From contig NIVC01002878.1 in assembly GCA_002269645.1 (NCBI GenBank), forward strand, positions 68,313-132,312: 64,000 nucleotides of DNA. Reading direction: 5' to 3'. The stretch's first letter is position 1. Each line of letters begins with the position of its first letter. A program made the translations under genes and the position numbers. Below are positions 25,200-37,124 of the stretch, one piece after another. Under the pieces are notes generated by a model that saw only the letters and a program-made list of their open reading frames with translations, had not been told where the DNA came from and made no database searches. The DNA comes from Macrostomum lignano. Its lineage: Eukaryota.

Positions 25200-26802
25200 T
25201 CTCTATAGTGTAATATCAGTGACAGTCTACAGAATAACATCTCTATAGTGTAATATCTGTGACAGTCTACAGAATAACATCTCTATAGTGTAATATCTGT
25301 GACAGTCTATAGAATAACATCTCTATAGTGTAATATCTGTGACAGTCTATAGAATAACATCTCTATAGTGTAATATCTGCGACAGTCTACAGAATAACAT
25401 CTCTATAGTGTAACATCTGTGACAGTATACAGAATAACATCTCTATAGTGTAATATCTCTGACAGTCTACAGTATATCATCTCTATAGTGTAATATCTGT
25501 GACAGTCTATAGAATAACATCTCTATAGTGTAATATCTGTGCCAGTCTACAGAATAACATCTCTATAGTGTAATATCTGTGACAGTCTACAGAATCACAT
25601 CTCTATAGTGTAATTTCTGTGATGAGTCTACAGAATATCATCTCTATAGTGTAATTTCTGTGATGAGTCTACAGAATATCATCTCTATAGTGTAATATCT
25701 GTGACAGTCTACAGAATAACATCTCTATAGTGTAATATCTGTGACAGTCTATAGAATAACATCTCTATAGTGTAATATCTGTGACAGTCTATAGAATAAC
25801 ATCTCTATAGTGTAATATCTGTGACAGTCTATAGAATAAAATCTCTATAGTGTAATATCTGTGACAGTCTACAGCATAACATCTCTATAGTGTAATATCT
25901 GTGACAGTCTATAGAATAAAATCTCTATAGTGTAATATCTGTGACAGTCTATAGAATAAAATCTCTATAGTGTAATATCTGTGACAGTCTACAGAATAAC
26001 ATCTCTATAGTGTAATATCTGTGACAGTATACAGAATAACATCTCTATAGTGTAATATCTGTGACAGTCTATAGAATAAAATCTCTATAGTATAATATAT
26101 GTGACAGTCTACAGAATAACATCTCTATAGTGTAATATCTGTGACAGTCTACAGAATAACATCTCTATAGTGTAATATCTGTGACAGTCTACAGAATAAC
26201 ATCTCTATAGTGTAATATCTGTGACAGTCTATAGAATAAAATCTCTATAGTGTAATATCTGTGACAGTCTACAGAATAACATCTCTATAGTGTAATATCT
26301 GTGACAGTCTACAGAATAGCATCTCTATAGTGTAATATCTGTTACAGTCTACAGAATAGCATCTCTATAGTGTAATATCTGTGACAGTCTACAGAATAGC
26401 ATCTCTATAGTGTAATATCTGTGACAGTCTACAGAATAGCATCTCTATAGTGTAATATCTGTGACAGTCTACAGAATAGCATCTCTATAGTGTAATATCT
26501 GTGACAGTCTACATAATAGCATCTCTATAGTGTAATATCTGTGACAGTCTACAGAATAGCATCTCTATAGTGTAATATCTGTGACAGTCTACAGAATAGC
26601 ATCTCTATAGTGTAATATCTGTGACAGTCTACAGAATAGCATCTCTATAGTGTAATATCTGTGACAGTCTACAGAATAGCATCTCTATAGTGTAATATCT
26701 GTGACAGTCTACAGAATAGCATCTCTATAGTGTAATATCTGTGACAGTCTACAGAATAGCATCTCTATAGTGTAATATCTGTGACAGTCTACAGAATAAC
26801 AT
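25200..26802. repeat. 40-bp satellite, main segment (~40 units)
   Basis: Highly homogeneous tandem array. A degenerate remnant resumes at 36192. Confidence 0.97.
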
Positions 26803-28519
26803 CCCAGTGGGACAACTAAGTGGGGCGTACAGTGGGCGGTGTGCGCCCTCGCGACCGCCTGTGAGGGCAGTCAGTAAATATTTTTATTTTCACTTTACAA
26901 TGAAGGATGATCTGATTTTTCAATGAGAAATTGTGATTTTGTAATCGTGATACTTTATTTCGCCTTAATAAGTACGATTTTTTAAATCCTAATCGAAGCC
27001 GCCCGGTGATCGCCCGGCGGCCTATGAGGCGGCAACCTAAATTTGGCATGTTTCATGTTCCAGGCAGCTTTATTTAATAGCATTGCCCTTACAGCTTAGC
27101 GGGAGAACCGTTTTTTATCACAATAATAGGTGACTACTCTTTACAATAAACGTTAGGGAAATATTTGCTGTTGCCTAGTGCCAACATTGTGAAATTATTT
27201 TTCCGGAAAGATGTGTAGAGTTTCATAAAAATTTAAATGCGCATCAGACTACTTTTAGTAGCGTAGAGTTGCAGGCCCCCGAGAACAAATTTTTGTTTGC
27301 AGTCGAAAGAAGATTAAAAGCATCAAATAGACGATAAATATTAAATATTTGCGCTTTTAGAAAGTGAGCTTGTCTTTGCCATCTATTTTTAATTGCTGCT
27401 AAACCTGCTGATCGAACATGCCGGCTTAAAATGCCCCTTAGAAGTAGAATTAAGTGCTCCTCACTGGGTGAAACTACGAGTAGTGTCTGCAATGCTTGAC
27501 TTCATGCTGTTCCTGTTGGCCAGAAATCCATAATCAATGATCTGAAAAATGCTGCAGCAGCTGTTACAGCTTTGAGTAGTGTCCACTAAAATCGCAGATT
27601 TTTTATTCCTGGATGCCGTTGCGCAGCTTGGATATTTCTCTGCAGGCAAAACTAACTATTGATTATTTATATATTTGTTTTGGTGAAAACACGCTGCTTT
27701 AACATCTGGAATTTAAACCCACAGAATTTGGAACCCTGTATCTCTTTTGCTTCTTTGATTTAAAATCTAACAAAAAATATTTAAATAGCTAGTGCAATGG
27801 AAGTTAGGAAAAACCAAACAAGGTCTACGATTTCGATTCCGTCGGTTTATTTAAGCAAGATTCTACTGTCTCTTTTTCTCTCCATCTGTCCTCTCTCAAC
27901 CTATTCCTCAGTCCCTTCTATCTGTCTACTCTCCTCTCTCCCTTTGTTCACACTGTTCTCCCCCCCCTTCGATCTGTCTATACTCTCACTCTGTTATCCC
28001 GGTCTTCTCTTCCGCTGTACCCTTTTTTCATCCTCCCTCTCTTGCATCTGCCCTGCATCCCTTTCATCTGTCCTCTCTGCTGCTCTATCTGTCTTCTTGT
28101 CTACTGCTTTTTCATCTCTTCTCTCTCCCTCTGTTTTCTATAGCTTTCTATGTTTCCCTGTTTTCTCTAACTGCTCTACTACTCCACAGGCGAAAGAATA
28201 GATAAAAATCAGGCAAACTTCACATGCTCATAGTTTCTGTCCTGTCCTGATTGAGTTATGAAGCTGAGACTCCATGTTTAGACAGAAAACATATCAAGGC
28301 GCAATCGACTCAAGTTTGAAATAAATATATTTATTTGGGGCAAAGTTATGGCAGTCTAAATTGGCCAGGGAAGTAAGAGCTAGGTAATCCGACCTATTGG
28401 CTCGCTGTGCTGCGCTGCGAGAAGCAAAGCTGACTCAAAGCTTTAACCCAGAGGCTGGCAAACTTTTTTCCTCAAGGGCCAGATGAAAAATCCAGTGCAA
28501 GCTCATGAGACATGAGAGA

Positions 28520-29090
28520 CAGAGAGAGATGAGATAAGAAAGAAGACAAGAGGAGAAAAGAGGGAAGAGACGAGAGAAGGGAGAGAGGGAGGAGAGGAGA
28601 GAAGAAGAGAAAGAAGAAATAGGGAGAGAGGAGAGAGGGTAGAGAGGAGAAGGGTAGAGAGGAGAGAGGGTAGAAAAGAGAGAGGGTAGAGAAGAGAGGG
28701 TAGAGAGGAGAGAGGGTAGAGAAGAGAGAGGGTAGAGAAGAGAGAGGGTAGAGAGGAGAGGGTAGAGAGGAGAGAGGGTAGAGAAGAGAGAGGGTAGAGA
28801 AGAGAGAGGGTAGAGAAGAGAGAGGGTAGAGAAGAGAGAGGGTAGAGAAAAGAGAGGGTAGAGAAGAGAGGGTAGAGAGGAGAGATGGTAGAGAAGAGAG
28901 AGGGTAGAGAAGAGAGAGGGTAGAGAAAAGAGAGGGTAGAGAAGAGAGAGGGTAGAGAAGAGAGGGTAGAGAGGAGAGATGGTAGAGAAGAGAGAGGGTA
29001 GAGAAGAGAGAGGGTAGAGAAAAGAGAGGGTAGAGAAGAGAGAGGGTAGAGAAGAGAGGGTAGAAAGGAGAGAGGGTAGAGAGGATAGAG
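28520..29090. repeat. Purine-rich repeat (AGAGGGTAGAGAAGAG-like)
   Basis: Visible GA-rich tandem tract inside the transposon. Confidence 0.9.
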
Positions 29091-30572
29091 GAACTTCACA
29101 TTGCCGAGCACGCTCTTACGAGGTACATAAGGTTCGGCCTAGTGAAAGAGAGTGCTTTTCGGCAAAGTGAAATTTTTGCCTAATGAAAGCGCCCCGTGAA
29201 TTTGTTGCGGTTGTAAATTTTTATTGAGTTTTTAATATTTGTACGTTTGTAACTCACGCTAAAAATATCAACTCTTTCGTTTCAGACGACACACAAATCT
29301 CGAAGTATAGATAGTTACAAGCAGATACTGTTGTTCATTGTAGTAAATGTAAGACAGGACAAGTATGCAAAACAGATTAAGCGTTGTTGTTGAAAGGCTA
29401 AACTTTGTAATTAAAACGTAAAAAATATAGTTACTGTAACATTCACATGGGTATTAACGGCTTAATAAGCCTTAAAAGAGTTAGTAACCAGTTAATGAAA
29501 CATATTGATAAAAAGTTAGTTTAATTATTCAAACACATAGTTCTCAACACTCAAATTTGATAAATCTAACTGTCGTTAATGCTGAAATTATTGACACACC
29601 TAACTCAGTGTCAAGAAATGAACGAACTTTATTTTCAGAAAAAAGCTCTCTTGACGGTTCGGATCTGTAGTGTCTTGGAAATTTAGCTGGCCTCTCTATT
29701 CACTGGTGTACTGGTGTTAACGCAGCAAAAGGGTGACAGGGGATACAGAAAATGCAAGGGAATATGGAATCGTATATTTTCGATATTGTACAGGCCCACT
29801 CCCTCCACTCTCCAAGTGGATTCAAATTTCTGGCTGCGCCAAAAGTGTTCCTTTTCGAAGCCATTCATGGAAGCAGATAGATTTTAGCTCAGTTCTAGCC
29901 CACAGACCTGCTTCTAAGTTATATAGTTGTTTACTTTATGGGAGACTGAGTTCGAACAGAAAAGGCCTGTTTGATAGATAGCAAAGAAGCGGGCAGTGTG
30001 TTGGTGGGGAAGTATGTATCAATTTTATTTCGAACTGAATTGCGAGAGAGATATATCGTGTAGAGGAGCAACTCAAAGCCTGTCGAGCCGACATTTTTTA
30101 TGGCCACAACAGCTGCCTCTGTCTCTTTATACCCCACCCCCATAAGAAAAAAGCTTATTTCGAGCCTCTGTTTGATCCAGGCATGTCCAGGCCAGCAGGG
30201 TTCACAGACCATGAATAAAATGGGTCCCACGATTTCTATTAGCTATATAGCTATAAATCTTGGTTCAACAAATCAAAACAAAGAGAGCAAAGCAGAACAG
30301 AGAAAAAAACAGTCTAGCGTTCTCGATGTTTCAGTCTCTGTCTTTGTGTATTGATATTGCCAGTTCACAGTCGAATAAGCTAGTAGTTTTTTTCGGTAGA
30401 TGCATGCGAGCCCTGCGAGGCGGAGTCGAGAAATCAAAGCAGCTGATCGATGATTCCAAAACAGCTGTGGGAAATGATACGAGTTTCAATAAGTTAGGCA
30501 ATACACTTGTTTAGAAACCTTGAAAAAAAAACGTTGGGTTAAAATTGACTTACGAATCAGTTCATATCTAAT

Positions 30573-32537
30573 CTAATCCCTGTCGCCCGTTAGAGGCACA
30601 ACGTGGAAACGACTTTCTGCGTCAGTTGCTTCGGTATCCAGATTTTTTGAAGGCCAAATCCAGCATTTGCGTTGCGGCACACCACTAGTGACAATCGATG
30701 TAAGGCGGTAAATCCCAATTCCAAGCGTGAGGGATTCGTATGGGTACGAGTAAACGTCACTCTCGGGAAGAAGAATCCTGCCAGAAACTAGTCCACTTGC
30801 TGAAAGGCTGTCGATGTAGACGCACGTATTGCAGGTTTCATCGACAAAACAGCAGTTGTCACCTGCTGTCGGCCGGTATCTTAGTGCCGGAATGCTGTGG
30901 TTTTGAAGCAGCGTTTGCTTTCTCACCTTAAAAACTTGTTGGACGCAATGGGCTGCAAGGTGCCTTGTGACTTTAATGCTTCGCTTCACTGCACCCAGAT
31001 AGTTTTCAAATGCAAACGTTGAGAAGTAATTAATATCTGCGTGTTGCCGCACGAACTGATCTAAATGAAGCAAAGCATGAATGTTATAACTAACGGACTG
31101 CTGTCCAAAAAGTTCCGCTGTTTTTAATACGAATTCTTCAATACATTTTTTAGCGTGGTCATACAAGTCGATCAGCCGCCTATCAGAGTAGACATATAGA
31201 GCAAAGTGCAGAAGCAAGAAATGATTAATATATTTTTCCTGCACGAAGCCTCGAAACAGAATCGGTCCCAAATAAAGTAAAAATTGGCGAAATTCTGTTG
31301 CTTTCATGTACTGTAAGTTTATATCAATTCGCCGAGGCCGTCTCTGAAACTCTGACGGTGTCCACGAAGCAACCAAAGTGATCTTATCCGACATTCGGCG
31401 CAACTGTGTCGGATTAAGCTTGCATTCACCGGCTGGTCCTTTGCCAAAGTATAAGTTCATTAGCTTGCGAACAACACCAAGACAAACAGCATGCTGATAA
31501 TCAAGAGGAAAAGACGTGACAAAATCTATGCTCGGCAAATCCAGTAGCGGAGAACGAATCCTGCTTTTTGTTTCCTGGTTCCTCTCCATCCCTGCGCGAT
31601 AGATCTTTCCGCAGCGGCTTTCTCCAGCCGTCAGTGCATAAGTCACACGGTTTGCAACACGAGGCCCTACCGCTCGGCAATAGCTGCAGCCATGATAGGA
31701 GTTGTGATTCAAGGTTGCCATTAAAAATGCTCGGGCGGGGGCGTCGCAAACGAAATAAATTGTTGATAGAGTAATGGAGACGTCTTTACTAATTGTGACA
31801 GGACCAGAAAGAAATTTTGTGGCCTCTTGGCAAAATTCTTGAAGGTAGGGCAAAAGTGGAGGTTTTCCAACGCCGGCCCAAACTCCCACCGGAAAAGGCT
31901 TTGCGAATGCGCCAGGAATTTTCATTAAAATAGGCCACAGTCCGAATCCACTCGAATGGTAGAGTGGTAAACCATCGCAATTGACGATTCCTTCGAACTT
32001 AAACACTTTAGGAGTGGAACTTTGATCATCACGGTGCTCATTCTCGGGCATCAGTCGCAGCAGACCTTGGCTGAGCAGCAACTGCAGGTTATCAAGAATC
32101 GACACATACCGGAAGTGTCCATTGCCCATTGGAGTTGTCTTTCCAGTGGGTTGATCTTCTTTCAGAATTCGCTCGACTGTTTTATAGTTAGGTGCTGGCA
32201 AATCAATCGCACGAAGTCCGGCCAGTAGGAAAATAGCCGCTGGTCTGGAATAGCCAAAGATGGTGAAGAAACTGACCAGCAAGTCCAGCAGTTTCTTCTC
32301 TGTTGAGCGAATATCCTGGGGTTTCTCTTCCTCTTCATCGTCAGTGCTGCTCAACGACCGAAGCTCATCAAAGCCAGCTTCTTCTTCCTCAACTTCAGCA
32401 GTTTCTGTCGGCTCCTCCGTGACATCAACTTCTACAGGGCTAGCTTCAGGCATTGCTTTGCCATAGCCGACATCGTCCCGGAGAAACCTAGTCATTAGGA
32501 AATCATCCGCTCTTCTTCGTTTGCTCCTTGATGCCAT
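30573..32537 (-). CDS. EnSpm/CMC-type DDE transposase, 654 aa, uninterrupted
   Basis: Motifs NCDGLP..WPIL, CDAPARAF, HxxYHGCSYC, PLDYQH (DxxH), PSEFQRRPR, KATEFRQFLLY, HALLH (Hx3H) and FENY match the CMC signature. Confidence 0.9.
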   Translation of the reverse strand: MASRSKRRRADDFLMTRFLRDDVGYGKAMPEASPVEVDVTEEPTETAEVEEEEAGFDELRSLSSTDDEEEEKPQDIRSTEKKLLDLLVSFFTIFGYSRPAAIFLLAGLRAIDLPAPNYKTVERILKEDQPTGKTTPMGNGHFRYVSILDNLQLLLSQGLLRLMPENEHRDDQSSTPKVFKFEGIVNCDGLPLYHSSGFGLWPILMKIPGAFAKPFPVGVWAGVGKPPLLPYLQEFCQEATKFLSGPVTISKDVSITLSTIYFVCDAPARAFLMATLNHNSYHGCSYCRAVGPRVANRVTYALTAGESRCGKIYRAGMERNQETKSRIRSPLLDLPSIDFVTSFPLDYQHAVCLGVVRKLMNLYFGKGPAGECKLNPTQLRRMSDKITLVASWTPSEFQRRPRRIDINLQYMKATEFRQFLLYLGPILFRGFVQEKYINHFLLLHFALYVYSDRRLIDLYDHAKKCIEEFVLKTAELFGQQSVSYNIHALLHLDQFVRQHADINYFSTFAFENYLGAVKRSIKVTRHLAAHCVQQVFKVRKQTLLQNHSIPALRYRPTAGDNCCFVDETCNTCVYIDSLSASGLVSGRILLPESDVYSYPYESLTLGIGIYRLTSIVTSGVPQRKCWIWPSKNLDTEATDAESRFHVVPLTGDRD

Positions 32538-32912
32538 GACGTATAATTACGTTTCCGTTTCGTTCAATAAAATTTTAAACAAATAATCAAATTTGAATGA
32601 TCAAGAATTTCTAATCAAAATTGTAAGATGAACAACACCAACACTCTGCCATCGCCCGCACTGAGCGCTTAGCCAATCCAGCGAAAGGGCGGGCCAACCG
32701 CAATCGGATCCCATTGGCTAATTTGCTGAATGGTGCCACTGCCACCCCGATATTTGAAACTATGACTTGTCTTCTTAACTTCCAACTGCTCTACTACCTT
32801 CCCCCGTGCAATTGTCGTGCGATCTGCGTGCTTTGTCAATCCAAAAAATCATTTTTTAAGTTTAAAAATGAAATTTTTAGTTGTTTTTGCAATTGACAGA
32901 CAAGTAGTTGAG

Positions 32913-35208
32913 ATGATGGAAGAGGATGTGATTCTGCCTTCACATCTAAAAAATCTGACAGAGCAGGAGTGGCTCGATAGGAGCCATTGTACATTAAAAT
33001 GGAAATGTGAAGTGCTGTACAACGAAAAGTATTACGAAGCTTACATTGTTCAGGTAAGAATTTAACAATATTTTATTGATTTTCTGATTTTCGGTGATTT
33101 TAAAAAAAATGAACTAATGAAATTGATGCATAAAAATTCAAGAAATAACCTACAAATCATTTTAGGTTATTATGGAAGACTGTCTGGAGGCCAGCAGCTT
33201 CAGCTACGCAAGAGAATTAATTAGGAAGAAGAAACGGCTAGCCGATGTACTAGAGAAAGTGCAGCCACGCGTCTTCACCCGCGAAGATTGGAGAAGGGCC
33301 CGCAGCCGTTATCAAATAAGGGTAAGCTGTTATTCCAAGTCAACTAGTGGGTCAGTATGTGGGTGAGTCAGTGGATGAGTGGTTCAGTGAGTAGTTTGCC
33401 TTCCACATCCTCCTATTTAGAATGAGGCAACTGGATCAGCCTCAAACACGGATGATTTCTTTCAAAGCGATCCGGAGTCTGATGCTGAATTTGTTGCCAC
33501 GACGAATTCGACGATTTCGAAAGGCTCTGCATTGCCGCCACTTCCACCGGCATTTGCTGCTGCTAGAAACGCAGAGACCCCAGCAGCGGTTGCGGCAGCG
33601 AAAGAGATCGAAGCCTCTAAAAGTGCGGCCTCCACAGCCGCAGCTGCGGAGGCTTTAGCGTCAGAAGCGGCAGCGCCCGAAGCGGCAGCGGCGGAAGCGG
33701 CAGCGGCGGAAGCGGCAGCGGCGGAAGCGGCAGCGGCCGAAAGGGCAGCGGCGGAAGCGGCAGCGGCGGAAGCGGCAGCGGCCGAAGCGATAGCGGCGGA
33801 AGCGGCAGCGGCGGAAGCGGCAGCGGCGGAAGCGGCAGCGGCAAAAGCAGCACAGGCGGCGGCGGCGAAGGCGGCAGCAGCGAAGGCGGCAGTGGCAAAA
33901 GCGGAAGCGGCAAAGGCAGCTGCAGAGGCGTCGACGATTCAAAAAACTCTACTGAGCACTGCTGCTGATGCTGGCACACCTGCTGCTGGCACAGACGATC
34001 GGCCAGTCCGCTTGCAGTTCGGGCCGGGCCCAATCAAGAGGCTGCAAGAACAGCTTCAGTCTATTGCGCCAATGCCCTTAAATTCCGCTGACGGCCTCGT
34101 ATTCCTCCATGTATCTCAGCTGCGAGAGCTGGTCCAGCGGACAATGAAACTGGAGGAAAGCCAGCAGCAGATAATCAACATACTGGCTGGAATTCAGGCC
34201 CGTCTGGATCAGCGGGCAGGGCAATCAGCCAGCTTGCTGTTTGAACCTCTGAGTTCACTGGAGGAGTATGCTCGCTTCCTCGCTGATTTGCCTTCTGAGC
34301 GAGTTTTGACTTTGGTAAGTTTCAGTGTTAACCTATTTTAATTAAAAAATTCCCCTACTTGCTACTGCTTCTGAGGAGTAAGTAGTAAAAGTAGTTTCGT
34401 TTCTATATTAATCGAAATTAAGCTGGAACCCAACTTACTGTCACTTCCCTCAGATTAATCATCTCCGTCTATGCCGGCGCGGAGATTGGGCAACTGCAGT
34501 CACCGACATGGTCAATGTCATCCTGACGCCCCGACTGCAAGCACTTGTCAATTTCAATGGACAGGGCATGCGGAACAGGGTGTGCCAGTCTGGTGCAGCC
34601 ACGGAGCTATCCGATCGGGAGCTCGCGTTTCAATCCAAGTTTTTGGGCTACATCCAAGGTACGATATTCTGTTATTAAGCTAAATGCAGCTAACCCTTCT
34701 TGCAATCTGTAACCCATAAAAACAATTATAATTATAATGCTTATTTTACACGGATATAGTCATTTTATACCACAATCTTGTATAGTTATCGACCTATTTT
34801 GCATCCCTTGTTGGAATTGCAGATGCCGTCTCAGCAATTTACGGCACCAGAGCGGAGGACGGCAGGCCGTCTCAGGATCTGGTCGCTAGCCAAGTGCGGC
34901 AGTACCTGAGGCACGGAGCTGACCGAATCTCGGGGCGGTCGCATCGCCGCAACACAATCGGTGCCATGACGCCATCAAATTCAATCAGCGCAAGAAGCGC
35001 AGCCTCGACTCCACAAGCCAGCGGGCTTTCGCAGGCCACCACATCTGCTACGCCGCAGCGGGCCCAGAAGCGGCCAGCTCCTACTCAGCAGCAGAGGGCA
35101 GCAAAGCGCCGCAGTGCGAATGTAAACAGAGCTGTTCGAGAAATGGATGATTTGATGGGGTCGAGTGACGATGAGTTTCGGTGTCCTTCCGACTACAGTG
35201 ACGATTAA
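32913..35208 (+). CDS. Transposon accessory protein with (EAAAA)n helix and C-terminal DUF4806-like domain (exons ~32913-33053, 33166-33321, 33421-34314, 34454-34658, 34823-35208)
   Basis: Phase-consistent GT-AG splices. The C-terminus has MVNVILTPRLQALVNFNGQG ... VRQYLRHGADRISGR, resembling DUF4806. The true start is uncertain and there may be an upstream exon near 32760-32805. Confidence 0.75.
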
Positions 35209-35474
35209 ATGCGTAATATAGTTAAAATAGTATCAGAAATGTGAAAGCCTATAGGCTAATTAAGGTGCTTTTGTAAGATACTGAGCTTAGAAGAGTTGCT
35301 GCTTAGTTATGCATAGATACGCATAGGTCCGGGGTTTCAAGTCGGTAAAATAGGGTGGGGGACCTCACATCGTTCATTTGTTCATTTGTTCCCCTATTTG
35401 ATTAAAAACTTCTGATCGTTGCACGGGCCGCTACTGTGGCTGGCTGAAGTGGAGGAAAGTTAACAACTGACTCG

Positions 35475-35703
35475 AAGTGTCGGATCTGGAATTTCATTTC
35501 GGGGGTCCCAGTGTGGGGGCGCCATCAAGAGTATGAGGGGCGCCATTTTTAAGCTAGGGGGGCGCAAAAAGTGTGTTAAAAGTAAAAAATGAAGCTATGC
35601 ACAAAAAACTTAGGTTTTTAAACTTAGATAAAAAAATATTTTTTATCAAGCTATTTTGATAGGGGGCGGCCGCCCTAATGCCCCCCCCCTCAATCCGCCC
35701 CTG
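35475..35703. mobile_element. Short hAT-like MITE nested in the EnSpm-like element
   Basis: Ends AAGTGTCGGAT / ATCCGCCCCTG. 8-bp TSD CTGACTCG / CCGACTCG (7/8). Confidence 0.65.
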
Positions 35704-37124
35704 CCGACTCGCTTCACTCCTGATTTTGCTAATATTCATTTGTAATTTCTTTTTTAAAGAATTATTGCGCTTATTTATAAAATGTTTTAATGCCTTAAAA
35801 TACTTGCAAATAATTAAAATACACGAACTACCTATGACTTAAATATACATTACGGAGTTGCCTGCACCAGTAGGAACAAAACGAAGCGAACAAGTCTTTG
35901 AATCATTCTAATAGCCTTAATTACGAAGCCAGTGATCGCTAATATCCCAAAATCGAAAAATCCAAAAAGCAGAAAAATCGTGAAAAAAATGCTGAGTGAA
36001 TGCAGCAAAAAAGAAATTTGTGCTAATTCTACTACTAATAGTAGGCTTATGAGCAAATTTCATCAGGCTCCGCCCAGCGGCGCCGCCCCGGACGCCGGGG
36101 CGGAGGTCACGTAGCTCCATGGGGCGGCCGTCGCCCAAAAAAGGGCGGAGGCGCGGGCGGACATCGGGGCGGACGGAAAAGTCCCACTGGGATCTATGAT
36201 AGTTGTGACAATCTACAGAATGGTACATCACAAATACAATACATACATATACAAATAACAGCTGTTGTGACTGCACTGCCTATAAAAGTAGCGTAGTAAT
36301 TTATTAAGCTCTAAATATTAAAGCTCAAATTTAAGTGAGCTACTGCCACACATTACCTGTTGATTGTTGACTGGAAAGCAAATAATATGAGTTGTCTCTC
36401 GCATTGTTAATTAATTAGTTAGTTAGTTAAATTGCCTGTTGGATTTGAACCTGTGAACTTGTACAGTTTGAGAGCTACGCAACTTTCTGCAACCAGGTGT
36501 GCTTGCAAGCATTTAAGCTGGGCTGCACCTTCTTATCGCTGAGAAACTTTTCTACCCAAACCCGTCTGGCCCCGGCAGTTGCTAGGGGCCACCATTCTTA
36601 CAGACTGCATTCTATACAGCTTCTATATAGTCATTTCCATTTCTGCAAGCTGCATAAAATGGATGGAAATTGCACATAGTAAGGCATTTTCTCTGTCAGC
36701 TCTTTACCTCTCCCGACGGGCGCTCGGCCTCGCCCTCAGCCTCAGTCTGCATCATGCCTTTATAAAAACTTTTTGCCAATTTTAGCTGCAGAAATTATGA
36801 TGGGGCTTTTTTATACATGTATACACTGCCGTTCCGGACTAGACTGAAAAAGTGCATCCCAAAATAGATTGTTATATTAGTATAGAAGCTATTTTGAATA
36901 ATATAGGCCTCATCTATACTACATGTATAACTTGTCTGGTTATAGATTAAAGTACAGGTGTGTACAAATGATTCATATGCATCGTTGAAAAAGGCTAAAA
37001 ACTACTATAATCGTTTCTTTGTTAATGGCTTCATTAATGGCTTAAAAGATTACGGCACCATTTAAAAAAGCAGCTTGCCACTTCTAGAAAAAGTGTGCCA
37101 TATCTAGCTGGAAAGAGTGACATT

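Larger units (their letters stand above)
26803..36191. mobile_element. Full-length CMC/EnSpm-like DNA transposon (9389 bp)
   Basis: Perfect 11-bp TIR CCCAGTGGGAC (26803-26813) / GTCCCACTGGG (36181-36191), 2-bp TSD AT, GGGCGG-rich subterminal regions, internal transposase and accessory gene. Confidence 0.88.

Noticed and set aside
25200-26802. CRISPR-like array
   Set aside because: Contiguous 40-bp units with no unique spacers, no cas genes, eukaryotic context.
28449-28490. hAT/Charlie-like MITE end CAGAGGCTGGCAAAC...AAGGGCCAGAT
   Set aside because: No convincing partner TIR or TSD found.
36490-36650. Possible second exon of the AKAP7-like gene
   Set aside because: Stops occur in all phases tested after the candidate acceptors.
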